From: Octopus sinensis
Lineage: Eukaryota
Direction: 5' to 3'
DNA length: 64,000 nucleotides
Assembly: GCF_006345805.1 (NCBI RefSeq)
Contig: NC_043000.1
Coordinates: forward strand, 91,822,001 to 91,886,000
In this document: positions 1 to 12,354 of the stretch, in pieces
How the letters are laid out: every line of letters begins with the position of its first letter
How positions within the stretch are numbered: the stretch's first letter is position 1
Notes under the pieces: model-generated
The model's input: the letters and a program-made list of their open reading frames with translations, nothing else
Told to the model about the DNA's origin: nothing
Database searches by the model: none
Made by a program: the position numbers and the translations under genes

Positions 1-54
1 TATATGTATATATATATATATATATTATATATATGTAATATTATATATATATAT

Positions 55-88
<34 letters not shown>

Positions 89-94
89 ATATAT

Positions 95-258
95 GCGCAT
101 GAGTGGCTGTGTGGTAAGTAGCTTGCTTATCAACCAGATGGTTCTGGGCTCAGTCTCACTGTGTAGCACCTTGGGCATTTGTCTTCTACTATAGCCTGAG
201 GCCAACCAAAGCCTTGTGGATGGATTTGGTAGACAGAAACTGAAAGAAGCCTGTCGTA
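95..258 (+). mobile_element. SINE family A, 5' half; the 3' half lies at 3031-3245, separated by the Penelope-like insertion
   Basis: GAGTGGCTGTGTGGTAAG...AGAAACTGAAAGAAGC matches the head of intact copies (e.g. 13213-13607); the missing tail (...CAGCATGGCC...TGACTGAAAC) resumes at 3031. Confidence 0.9.
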
Positions 259-374
259 TATATATATATATATATAACGGGAAGCTTTATGAAAATAAAC
301 AAAAGACGAAGGCAGGTGGAAAACAAACGAACAATTGTATTAGTATGGCGCTCAGGAAATATAAATAAAACAAG

Positions 375-412
375 TCTTTAACGTTTCGAGCCTACGCTCT
401 TCAACAGAAAGA
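375..412 (-). ncRNA. Minimal type I hammerhead ribozyme-like motif (core variant CUGUUGA)
   Basis: Minus strand TCTTT-CTGTTGA-A-GAGC-GTAG-GCTC-GAAAC-GTT-AAAGA: 5-bp stem I, 4-bp stem II, palindromic ACGT in place of stem III. Confidence 0.7.
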
Positions 413-1087
413 TACACAGAGAGAGAAAAACACAGAAAGAAGGAGAGAAAAAAATGCGTGCAGTAGCTAACGAATCAACATGGCGATCTGATTTCGGCCA
501 GAGGTCAAAGATCAAACATGAGACGCGAGATCGAAATAAGGGGAGATAATAGGGTTGATAAAAGGGTTGAGGGACCAGCTAATAGTGCGTAGGAGGGGTC
601 TGGATGTGTGTATGTATAGGGTTGGTGTATGTATTAGTATGTATAAGGGTGTGTGTGTGTGTGTGTGTGTATGAGAGAGTATAAGTGCGTATGCGGGGTC
701 TGGACGTGTGTATGTATAGGGTTGGTGTATGTATTAGCATGTACTAGTATGTATTAGTACGTATTAGTATGTATTAGTTGGTGTGTGTATTAGTATGGCA
801 CATCATATGTGATGTGATGTGTAAAGTCATGTGGTGTAGTGAGGAGAAGAGGGGGAGGGAAGAAGAGGGGGGAGGGAAGAAGAGGGGGAAGAGGAGAGGA
901 TGGGGAGGAGGGGGATGAAGGAGGAGAGGGGGAGAGAGAGAAGGGGAGAGAGGGAGTGAGGGAGCAGAGGGAAGGGGAAGAGGGAGGGAGGAGAAAGAGG
1001 AAGAAGGGAAGGGGAGTAGGGGTGAAAGGATGAAGACTAAGAAGTAGGGGGGGGGAAAGGATAGGTGAGGAGGGGGGGAGAGGGGGG

Positions 1088-1715
1088 TTAGATGAGGAGG
1101 GGGGGAGAGTTGAGACCAAATGGCGTATAAGAGCGAAGAGAGAAGATTAATTCCCCTTCACGGCGCAAACGGGAATCCGGATGGCCTCTGTGTAAGGACA
1201 AACCGAACACAGATAGGTGTTGCAGGAGAGTGACCGGTGGAGCGGAAATGGCGTGAGACCGGTGTGTCGTTCGCAAGGTGGATGTCACGAAGGTGTTCCG
1301 CGAACCGGTCAGCCAAGCGGCGTCCCGTTTGTCCGATGTACAAGGAATTGCAGAGAGAGCAAGAGATGCAACAGATAATATTGCTGGAGGTGCAGGTGAA
1401 GGAGTGGATGATGGGATAGGGTCGATGGTGGGTGCTAGTGAGGCGGGTGGTGTTGGAGAGGTAAGGGCAAGTGCGGCAACGTGGGCGGGAGCAGGGGAAC
1501 GAGCCGGGTTGGGAGGTAGGGTCAGGGAAGGAGCTATGGACCAAAAGGTCTCGAAGGTTGTGGGCTCGTTTGAAAGAGGGGAGGGGTCGGTTAGGGAAGA
1601 GGTGTGAAGTGGACGGGTCGGACTGGAGATGACGGAAAGCTCGAAGAATGGTGCGTTGGAGACGTAGGGTCGTGGGGTGGTAAGTGAGGGGAAAAGGGAG
1701 GCGGGAGACTACAGG
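1088..1715 (-). pseudogene. GIY-YIG endonuclease domain with upstream Cys cluster, frameshifted
   Basis: PCSRPRCRTCPYL...CTSSNIICCISCSLCNSLYIGQTGRRLADRFAEH (ORF 1158..2015); the C-terminal RREGELIFSLRSYTPFGLN is in another frame (ORF 1088..1288). Confidence 0.9.
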
Positions 1716-1769
1716 GCGGGTTCGGGAGAGAGAGCAGATACACGGTCCACGGACCGTGCTCTGGTAAGG

Positions 1770-2988
1770 CGGTGTGGATAGTGGTGAGGGGGTATCCACG
1801 TAGGGTGAAGTGGTGAGCCATACGCTGAGACTGAGTCTCAAAGTCATGGTCGTCACTACAGAGCCTACGTAGACGGAGGAATTGGGAATAGGGGATGGAA
1901 AGCTTGGTGTGTTCTGGGTGGGAGGAAGAGAAGTTGAGGTATGAGTGTGAGTCTGTGTGTTTGTAGTGAATGGAGGTGGTAAGAGTGGAGTGAAGAATGC
2001 TAACCGAAATGTCAAGGAAGGAGACAGAGGTGTTGGAGATAGTGGAAGTGAAGTGGAGGGCTGGATGGAAAGATTGGACGAAAGAGAGGAAGGAATCTAG
2101 ATGTTCGCGGGAGAGTGAGGTGGCACTGATAATGTCGTCAATGTAACGACCATATAGTTCAGGAGTGGGACCAGTGAAATTAGAGAATATTTGGGCCTCA
2201 ACATAGCCAACGAACAGGTTCGCATAGTTGGGGCCCATTCGCGTTCCCATGGCCACTCCCGAGACCTGATGGTAGAACTCGCCCGCGAACGAGAAGCAGT
2301 TCAGAGTAAGGACAAGTTCGGCCAGACGAATGAGTGTGGAGGTGTCAGGTACAGGGTTACAGCGGAGGTCAAGAAAGTGTCGAAGGGCCTGCAGTCCTTC
2401 GTGGTGAGGGATAACAGTATAGAGGCTTTGGATGTCCATAGTAAAAAGGATTTGGGAGGAGCCGGGAGGAAAGGAGAAAGTGTTGAAAAGCCGGAGAGCA
2501 TGGTTGGTATCGTGGATGTGGGAGGGAAGAGATGCCACTAGGGGGTCAAGGACACGGTCGAGGTATTTAGAGATGAGCTCCGTGGGGCAGTTACAGGCGG
2601 AGACGATGGGGCGGCCAGGGTTGTTGGGTTTGTGGATTTTGGGGAGGAAGTAAATGGTGGGGGTACGTGGGGTTCGCACAATTAGGTTGGATGCGGTGCG
2701 GGGGAGACGGGAGGACGAGATGAGGTCTTGGACAGTAGAGGATACCGTCTGTTGGTAGCTACGTGTGGGGTTAGAGGGAAGAGGGGAATAGAAGGAGGTG
2801 TCATTGAGTTGGCGGAAAGCCTCGGCCCTATAGAGGTCCGTGCGCCACACCACTACAGCTCCACCCTTGTCAGCCGGTTTGATGATAATGTCAGCGCGCC
2901 GTTGGAGGGAACGAAGAGCCAAGAGCTCAGCCGGGGAGATGTTGAGGCGGCGTTGGCGCCTGGAGAAGTTGAACCGCTCCAATGCACG

Positions 2989-2991
<3 letters not shown>
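1770..2991 (-). pseudogene. Penelope-like reverse transcriptase (N-terminus missing)
   Basis: ORF 1591..3075: KPADKGGAVVVW, YFLPKIHKP..PGRPIVS, MDIQSLYT.IPH, GVAMGTRMGPNYANLF, RYIDD, YKHTDSHSYL...HP...IPYSQFLRLRRLCS; the frame is lost near 1770. Confidence 0.95.
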
Positions 2992-3030
<39 letters not shown>

Positions 3031-3032
<2 letters not shown>

Positions 3033-3245
3033 AGTGTGTGTGTGTGTTTTTGTGTCTTGCAGCATCACTTGACAACCGACATTTGTGTGTTTACATCCTC
3101 GTAATTTAGCAGTTCACCAAAGAGACTGTTAGAATAAGTACTAGATTTACAAAGAATAAATCCTGGGGTTGATTTGTTCAACTAAAGGTGGTGCTTCAGC
3201 ATGGCCTCAGTCAAATGACTGAAACAAATAAAATAATAAAAGAAA
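3031..3245 (+). mobile_element. SINE family A, 3' half
   Basis: ...GACAACCGA...AGAATAAGTACT...CAGCATGGCC..AGTCAAATGACTGAAACAAATAAAA, as in the other family A copies. Confidence 0.85.
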
Positions 3246-4084
3246 AGAACATATATATATATAATAATTGAAAAAATGTATAGTAAATGTATAGCTAATA
3301 TGGTTGCACAGCTGCATGGTTGTCTATTTGGTGCATATCTAATCCATTAGGATTGCCATCTAAGCGTTACCCACCAACCGTTCTTTTGGCCTTAAGGTAG
3401 TATTTTGCTAGTTTCTTATTTATTTTGTCTTTGTCATTTGTCTATCATCTTGAATTACATTTATTCACTTTCGTATGTCTACTTCTGTATAGCCTGTATT
3501 CCATGTATTGTTTGTCCTCGGTCCAATATTCTCTGCAACTTTCACAGACACCACCAGTATGGGAAGCATCTCACTCTTATTATTAATGGTGCAAAACTGA
3601 GTAATACCTCCTGGCTGATAACGGATAAAGAATCAGGGACCTTCTGTTTGTGTTTTCTGTCTGTTTGTGCACTCAGTGTATGCTTTCCCATTTGCCTGTG
3701 CATTCATTACACATTTTTTCATTTGTGCATTTACTATATATTTTTTCATTTATTAAGAAATGGAACACAAAGCACCCTGGTTTATATTTAGTAGCTTAAA
3801 AGTTGTACTTTTTAGCTAGATACAGTGGAGAGCTAATTGGGCATGAGACCCAAAACTGAAGTGGGCTAAATAGCATTATCATAATACGTCTGTAATGTCT
3901 ATATACCCTGATGGTGCTTAATCAGAGGCCAAGAATGGATGGCAATTCCCTCTGTAGTGCAATCATTCTATTGTTCCAGTTCTAACTTAATTTTAACTGT
4001 TGGCCAATATATCTCAAAGTTCGTATCTTGATGTAAAATTAATGAAGCAAATGTCATTTATCTTGCCCTTAATCTCTGATGTCA

Positions 4085-4440
4085 TCTGACAAACACCATC
4101 CAAAATGGGCAAAGGGTAAAGACTCCTTTTGATCATGAATGACCATGGGATTGCACCTAGAAAGTTCTCCCTCTGAGCACAAGTCCAGACAAGGTTGTTT
4201 TATAGAAGACCAGCAGTCACCTTTGCATGCCAGCCTCCCCTCTCCAAGCCACTGATGTTATTACAAGGGAAACGCAAAGGCCAATACAACTTGGCACTAG
4301 TGACATTGCAACTCATTTCTAGAGTTGAGTGAACTGGAGCAACAGGAAATAAAGTGTCTTTCTCAAGAACACAACACACAGCCTGGTCCAGGAATCAAAC
4401 TCACTACGTCATGATATTCTAACCACTCAGCCATGTGCCT
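4085..4440 (-). mobile_element. SINE family C (tRNA-like head, CORE-like middle); related copies at ~16680-16922, 18190-18470, 22905-23120, 37905-38030, 61415-61950
   Basis: Shared GAAATAAAGTGTCTT(G/T)CTCAAG and CACT(C/A)AGCCA..TGCCTTCAC blocks across the copies. Confidence 0.7.
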
Positions 4441-4529
4441 TCACACACACACACACACACACACCACACGTGCACACACATATATATATATACATATATA
4501 CATATACATATATACATATATATATATAC

Positions 4530-4599
<70 letters not shown>

Positions 4600-4604
4600 T
4601 ATAT

Positions 4605-4637
<33 letters not shown>

Positions 4638-4793
4638 AATAATCTATATATATATTATAATATATATACATACATATTATATCTCTTTTACTTGTTTCAG
4701 TCATAAACACGCACACAGACACACATAGATATAGATACATATATCATCATCATATTTAATGTCCTAATCACATTATTTATATGTATATATATA

Positions 4794-4825
<32 letters not shown>

Positions 4826-5597
4826 GTGTGGTTTGGAATAAGTATATACATATATGTGTGTGAATACATATATATAGAAGTATGTATATATGTATCCATT
4901 GCTTAATCACTGAAATTTAAACTTCCCAGTTAAAGTAAGTTGGCAGATGATGAAAATGCAAATATTAACAGGACTTGCTTAAGGATTTTTAATTTGTTAT
5001 GCAGCAGCATTTTATGCAAAAATAGATCTTTTGTTCTTTAATTCAAATGAAGTTTTTCTGCACATTTATCTTCAAAAAATATATTTTTATACCTATATAT
5101 ATATACATATTTGTTTTTAATGAAGAGGATGTGGCATATAAATTATTGCATAATTAACTAAAATACTAATTAATTTGCAAAGCAGAGCAATGAAAATCTA
5201 TTGATAGCTTAAGATTTGCGATTAAATATACTAAACGCATAACTAGAAAAAAATAATAAGCAGTAATAAAATGATTCTAAAAAAAGAAAGAAGACAGAAA
5301 TTTCACATGGACAGAGATAAACACGCTCACACAATCATGCAAATACACATACACCTGCATATAAGCCAGCGTTTGTATGTGTACATATATATGTATATAT
5401 ATATAATGTATATATGTATAAGTATATTGATGCATGTGTGTGTGTATGTGTGTGCATGTATATATACACACACAAATATATACATACGTACACAAATATA
5501 TACATATGTATGTTTAGATATCAATTTTTATATATCTATACATAACTAATATATATGTTCGTATATCATCTATCTATCTATCTATATCTATATCTAC

Positions 5598-5648
<51 letters not shown>

Positions 5649-6656
5649 TCTAATACACGTGTGCACATACTCACACACAACATACTCACAAGTACAAACA
5701 CATGTTCACAAACACACACAGATGTATGCATGCACAATGCACAATGTAAACAGAACAGAAGAAATGTAAAAATTGAAAGCTAAAAATTAAAAAATAGGAA
5801 AAAAGTAAGAATCAAATATTCAATAATAAGGATGATGATGATGATGATGACAATCACCTTTATACTAATACTATTAATAATTAAGAGAATCAAAACAACA
5901 ATCAGCTTTTACAAACAGTCTTATAATAAATTTACTCTCTTATATTTTTGTTCATTTATAAATTTATTCGTTGATTTTAATGCAAAGCGAATGCAAAATA
6001 AAAAAGTTTTATATCTATTTTTAAGTTCAAAGAAGCAATTACATCATAGCTTAATTACAGCGCTCAGTTAAAATGGCTAATTAAATCCAAATATTATCCA
6101 AAATATAGAGTCTTTATGATTCCGTCCAAGAAAATGACCCAAAATATTTTGATATCTTGTTTCGGCGAAGAGGAAACATCATTTCCTTTTTACAATGATC
6201 GCATTTAATTTAAATCTTTTAGAGAATTTAAAACATTTTTCTCTGGCTATTTATACTCCAAAGTTAACCAAATTTTGATGTGTTTGTGAGTGGAAGGACG
6301 GAGTTGTTTTTGACAGAGTTGTTTTTGATGGAGTTGTTTTTGACATACCCTTACAAATATTGTTTGATAAAATGTTTGATGAGGGTTTTTTTTATTAAAT
6401 TGTTTGGTTGTTCTTAAGTCGCTTTTGTTTTGTTGTCCTTTATTATTATTGTCTTGTGTTTTTTTTTTGCTGTTATTTGTTAACTTACATAGGTTTCTTT
6501 TTTCTTCCGAACCTTTTGATATTTAAAAATTTGTATGCACGATAGAATGTGTTGGTGTGTGAGAAAGGGAGAGAGTTAAAGGAAGAGAAAGTAAAGATAG
6601 AGAGAGAGCATATATATATATATGTGTGTGGTGTGTGTATGTATATTTATATACAT

Positions 6657-6695
<39 letters not shown>

Positions 6696-6788
6696 ATATA
6701 TATATACATACATATATATATATATATAATATATATATACATACATATATATATATATATATAGATATAGATATATATATAGAAATAT

Positions 6789-6819
<31 letters not shown>

Positions 6820-7051
6820 ATATATATATATAATATCTATATATATATTATATATATAGTATACTTATGATAATATATATATAGATGTATATATATATAT
6901 ATATATAGATGTATATATATATATATATAATATATATATATATATATGTATGTATACCTGTTTGTCTGACATGAAGAAATGTATATGTGCATGTATGTGT
7001 GTGTGTATATATATATATAAACACACACACACATACCTACATATACACATA

Positions 7052-7092
<41 letters not shown>

Positions 7093-7748
7093 TCAAGTAT
7101 GTACATGAATATACATACATACATACATATATCCACATATATATATATATATATAATATGTATGTATAAACATATGCAATGTATGCATAAGTTTACATAT
7201 TTGTATACGATGAATGTGTGCTTCTATTGTTCTTTTCTTAATGGTGTTGATGCTGGAGATGATAATTGAATCGGTGATGGTGTTGTTGTTGTTTGAACCT
7301 TTCGCAAGGAATACATCTCTCTTAACCTCCACCACCTACTGCACACACCACCATCACTATCACCACCACCACCAACACCACCACCAACAGCAACAACAAT
7401 AACAACAACAACAACAACACTGCTGCCACCACCACTACCGACAATGACACTAGAGCACATACTGGCCATTCTGGTATAGCCCACCAAAATAAACTATAAT
7501 TACAAGGAGAATACACAGACATGTTGTCATCAACTTATTGTTTTGAGAGCTGTAAGAACCTGCTAGCCAACTTGCCAACAAGTCTGAAGTTTGATTATTG
7601 TTATAACTTGTGCATGTGGCAAACAATCATAGTGTTAGTCTGTTGTTTTAACATCCTCTTGTATAAACCATGTTATAATTAATGTTGCTGCTGCTACTGC
7701 TGCTGCTGCTGCTGTTGTTTTTGTAACTATTATTGTTATTATCATTAG

Positions 7749-7970
7749 TAAGGTGGTGAGCTGGTAGAATCGTTAGTGTGCTGGGCAAGATGCTAAGCGG
7801 AAATTTGTCTGTCCTAATGTTTTGAGTTCAAATTCCACCAAGGTTGACTTTGGTTTGCATCCTTCTGAGGTCGTTAAATTAAGTACCAGTCAAGCCCTGG
7901 GGTCGATGTAAATGACTACTCCTCTCCCCGCAAATTTCAGACCTTGTGCCTTTAGTAGAAAGGATTATTA
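7749..7970 (+). mobile_element. SINE family B (Meta-domain-like); further copies or fragments at ~11283-11495, 18870-19030, 22260-22660, 23255-23475, 28887-29085, 35050-35190, 39265-39470, 39725-39900, 49015-49230, 49300-49512, 50153-50365
   Basis: GAGCTGG.AGAATCGTTAG...GAGTTCAAATTCC...GACTTTGCCTTTCATCC...GGTCGATAAA.TAAGTACCAG recurs many times, with an (ATT)n tail. Confidence 0.8.
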
Positions 7971-8049
7971 TTATTATCATCATCATCATCATCATTATTA
8001 TTATTATTATTATCATCATCATCATTTTATTATTATTGTTTTTTTTTCT

Positions 8050-8890
8050 TTCTTTCTTCAAATTTTCTTCCAATTCTCACCGAGTGTTTTCCGTACACCT
8101 AGGGCAGAGAAGCTCATTGTATGCTTTCCGAGATTACACACCTTTGAACGTTGGGCTTCATGGAGGTGATGACAAGTGACTGAGACCTTTGGATATATGC
8201 TGTGCTTGAGAAGACCTGGCAGGCCAAGTGAAGCCATAACCGTGGCCTATACCAGTGCCACATAACCTGCCCATTTACGAGTACTCTTCAATCATTGGGC
8301 AATAAACTGCACTTGTAAAGACCTGTTGAGTCAAGTGAAACCATTGTTGTGGCCAATGACAGTACCGCCTAATTGGCACCCATGCTGGTGGCACATAAAA
8401 AGCACTATTCAAGCATGGTCAATGCCAGTACTGCCTGACTGGTCCTGTGCTGGTGGCACATAAAAGGCACCATTTGAGGGTGGTCGTTGCCAGTGTTGCC
8501 TGACTGGCTCCCATACTGGTGGTATGTAAAAAGCATCATTTGAGCATAGTCGATGCCGGTGCCAGCTGACTTGTCCCATCCTGGTGGCATGTCAAAAGCA
8601 CCATTCAAGTGTGGTCATTGCCAGTGCCACCTGACTGGCTCCTATGCCAGTGGCACGTAAAAAGCACCATTCAAATGTGGTCAATGGCAGTACCGCTTGA
8701 CTAGCCCTCATACAGGTGGCACATGAAAAGCACCCACCACACTCTCGGAGTAGTTGGTGTTAGGAAGGGCATCTAGCTGTAGAAACTTTGCCAGATCAGA
8801 TTGGAGCCTGGTGCAGCCTTCTAACTTGACACTCCTCAGTCAAACTGTCCAACCCATGCCAGCATGGAAAGTGGACATTAAACCACGATG
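8050..8890 (+). mobile_element. Non-autonomous retroposon with an internal 65-66 bp minisatellite and an RTE-like tail
   Basis: Six AAAAG(G)CA(C/T) anchors at ~8397, 8462, 8528, 8594, 8659, 8726; tail CCAACCCATGCCAGCATGGAAAG..GACATTAAA..GATGA; related pieces at 19240-19300, 35745-36010, 40480-40800. Confidence 0.7.
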
Positions 8891-9782
8891 ACTATTATTG
8901 TTGTTGTTGTTGTTGTGTTGTTGTTGTTGCTGTTGTTGTTTGTTGTTGTTTTTGTTGTTGTTATTGAACATGTTGAGGTACTGTTTTAAAGGGTTTAGTA
9001 TCACAAATCCACCCCAGAACATTTTACATTTGGTATTATTTACTACGGACTTCTTTCAATTTCTATTTACCAAATCCACTTACAAAGCTTTGTAGTCAGG
9101 TTGGTGGTGTTTAAGAAGAATATTGTCCAATGTGTTGTGCAATGGGACCGAACCTGAGACAATGTTATTAAGAAGCAAACTTCTCCCCACATATCCACAC
9201 TGAATGCCTAATCAAAAACGTAATTAGTTTTATTATAAAATAATTGTTTTGTTTTAATGCTTTCTTAATTGATACCTTCTCTCTTTAATTACAGGCATAT
9301 ATATTGTTGATGAGAAATACCTTTGAAATAGTACAGTATCTTTATAATACTACAACACATCGTCACCTTTATTATGCAAACCATTTTCTCCAAAGCAAGT
9401 TAGTTTTGAGTTCATATGGCATCAATTATTTGGTTAAACATTTGGTGATTTAATGCAGTGCTCTGCAATCCTTTTCCACTTGCAGTACACTTACATTCTT
9501 TTCAAAATTCAGCAGCACACCTGAACTAAAAATATAACTAAAAATATAGGGAAAATAGTTATATTCAGGTTACATTGCAACACACCTAGCATTGTCTTGG
9601 GGGCACACCAGTGTGCCATGGCATACTGGTTACAGAGCACTGATCTAATGCCTTGTTAGATAAATTTGTTTGTTTTTTCCCAATCTTTTTTAATCCTTTC
9701 CCGTGTTACTTAAAAAATATAACATACAAAAATACTTTTATTGTAGTGGTTTTTGTTTCTTTTGTTTACCTTTTTAACTCTT

Positions 9783-9991
9783 TACTCTTTACTCATTACT
9801 CTTTTACTTGTTTCAGTCATTTGACTGTGGCCATGCTGGAGCACCACCTTTAGTCGAGCAAATCGACCCCAGGACTTATTCTTTGTAAGCCTAGTACTTA
9901 TTCTATCGGTCTCTTTTGCCGAACCGCTAAGTTATGGGGACATAAACACAACAGCATCAGTTGTCAAGCGATGTTGGGTGGACAATAACAA

Positions 9992-10057
<66 letters not shown>

Positions 10058-10214
10058 GATGGGCTTCTTTCAGTTTTTGTCTACCAATTCCACTCACAAG
10101 ACATTGGTCAGCCCGAAGCTATACTAGAAGACACTTGCCCAAGGTGCCACGCAGTGGGACTGAACCCAGAAACATGTAGTTCGTAAGCAAACTACTTACC
10201 ACACAGCCACTCCT
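9783..10214 (-). mobile_element. SINE family A, full length
   Basis: Reverse complement of the 13213 copy, with a central (CA)/(TA) tract. Confidence 0.9.
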
Positions 10215-12354
10215 AACGTTTGAATAGTTTATACTTTTCTTCAGACATATGCCAATGGAATACTAAGACAAAAGAAAACAACAAATTTTCCTGACAACTC
10301 AATATTTGACAATGATTTAACCCATATCACTGAGATATATCTAACTCCATAAATTTTGATTCATTGTTATTGATTAGATTTCGTATCATCCTTATTGATT
10401 AAATTTTCATTTAATCTTGACATTCAATAATGGAAGTGTTTAAGGAAAGGAAGTATTTGATAATGAAATTATTTACATTTTAGTTTATGCATTCCATATC
10501 TCTCCACAGTTAAAGTTAACAGAATATGTATTTACCACTCGTGCCAAACAATTCAACAATAGTTATAAAAACCTAAGTAAAAATACTGATACCATATTTA
10601 CATAAACCATTAAAATAATATTTAAAAAGACTTTGAAATATTTGCATGTAATTCTCATTATTTAAAAGGTTCTTTTATCAAAATATTCATAGTAAAGCTG
10701 CAAGCTTTTGCTTACTTGTTCTCTGTTTATCAATAAAAGCAGTGCACTAAATACTTCCTTTTCCTGCTTAGTTTCATTCCATCCCTCTCCATTTATCATT
10801 TGACAGCCTTCAATATCTGCAGTATTTCCTTGCAATGACCTTGCTCATAAAAGCATTTGTAAATTCACATCTAACTGTTAATTCACATCTAACTATGAGG
10901 GTCAGGTATCTAGTGAATACACATAAAGTAAAGGTAAAAATCAAACAGTGTCAGATATCTAATGAGTATGCATTCACATTGAAAAAACACACAAATGAAC
11001 ATTTTTCGGGTAAATTCAATATTATTTGAGGAATTTCACTGATGTACTCTCCTGGATATAATGATTTACATTTAAATTATATAATCATATGTAACTAGAA
11101 GCACATGAATAGTGGTCAGTCTTTGTTGCAGTAGTGTCCTCTTCATTGTCAATAGCATCATCATTGTCATAACATCTGCTTTTTCCATCATGCATAGGTT
11201 AGACAATACTACTTTGGGGGAGAATTTTCTGTGGCTGGATACATTTCCAGTCACCAACACTCACCTGTTTTCAAATATGATAATCCTTTCTATTATAGGC
11301 ACAAGACTTGAAATTTGGGGGAGGAGGATAGTTGATTACATCACCTCCATGTTTCACTGGTACTTAAATTTATCAACTCCAAAAGGATGAAAGGCAAAGT
11401 CAACCTCAGTGGAATTTGAACTCAGAACATAGTAGCAGACGAAATACCACTAAGCATTTTGTCCAGTGTGCTATTGATTCTGTCAGCTTGCCGCCTTGTT
11501 TTCAGATAAGATAATGTTATATGTATGCATGTATGTAAGTATGGATGTATTAATATATACAGTTGAGGGCTTCCATCAGGCAAGGGTATCTAGGCATAGA
11601 AAATCTATCTTAGTGGATTCCATCTGGCCAATGCAAGCATGGAAAAGAAGATACTAAATGTTGATGATGATGAATATATACATATATAGTCCACAGATAA
11701 AGATCTAGAGATTCTCCGTACAGAAGACACTTAGTACTGAAAAATTCAAACTTAGACTTCAATGTCTTTACAGAGAATCGATTCCACAAGGTAAAGAAAG
11801 GCTATAAGAGGGATGAAGTTGAGAGGGTATACAAGCAATTGCATGGATAAACCAATTAGATACATTAAATATTTTAAATGTATTAAATATATTAAATTGT
11901 ACGATCCTCCCTGATAATGGAGGCTCATCATATCCAATGTTAATTGCATATTGTGATGAACTACATCTACCAACATTATTATGGAAGTCTGAGCCCCCAG
12001 AAACAGCTGTTGGACTTATAACACCTTTCTTCCACCCTTTTAATTTTCTCTGTCATTTGTATTCTGCACAAGTTGGAATATAAATATCTTTGCTTTTACT
12101 CTTTTACTTGTTTCAGTCATTTTGACTGCAGCCATGCTGGAGCACCACCTTTAGATATATTTATACTTAAAAATTCACCATGTGAAAGTCATCACCCTTT
12201 GCTTTTTCTCGTTTCGCATGTGTACATATTTTGTGTTTCATACCTAAACTGTCATGCTTAATATATTACATTTAATGTATCTAGTTTGTTTATCCACTTA
12301 ATTGCCTCTATATATTCATATGTATGTAAGTTTATCTTAACCTTTTTGATGTGC

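Larger units (their letters stand above)
276..2991 (-). mobile_element. Penelope-like retroelement (Neptune type), 5'-truncated
   Basis: RT motifs, then a Cys-rich linker and GIY-YIG endonuclease, then a long 3' region ending in a hammerhead-bearing LTR-like segment; both ends abut (TA)n. Confidence 0.93.

Noticed and set aside
790-3072. Short ORFs overlapping the PLE on the opposite strand or other frames (e.g. 839..1033, 1278..1607, 2191..2541)
   Set aside because: Antisense or low-complexity shadows of the PLE
8350-8735. CRISPR-like repeat/spacer array
   Set aside because: The whole 65-66 bp unit is homologous, there are no unique spacers or cas genes, and the context is a eukaryotic retroposon
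11690-12070. Open frames of ~85 aa on both strands
   Set aside because: No motif, no consistent splice sites, and overlap with an old inverted repeat
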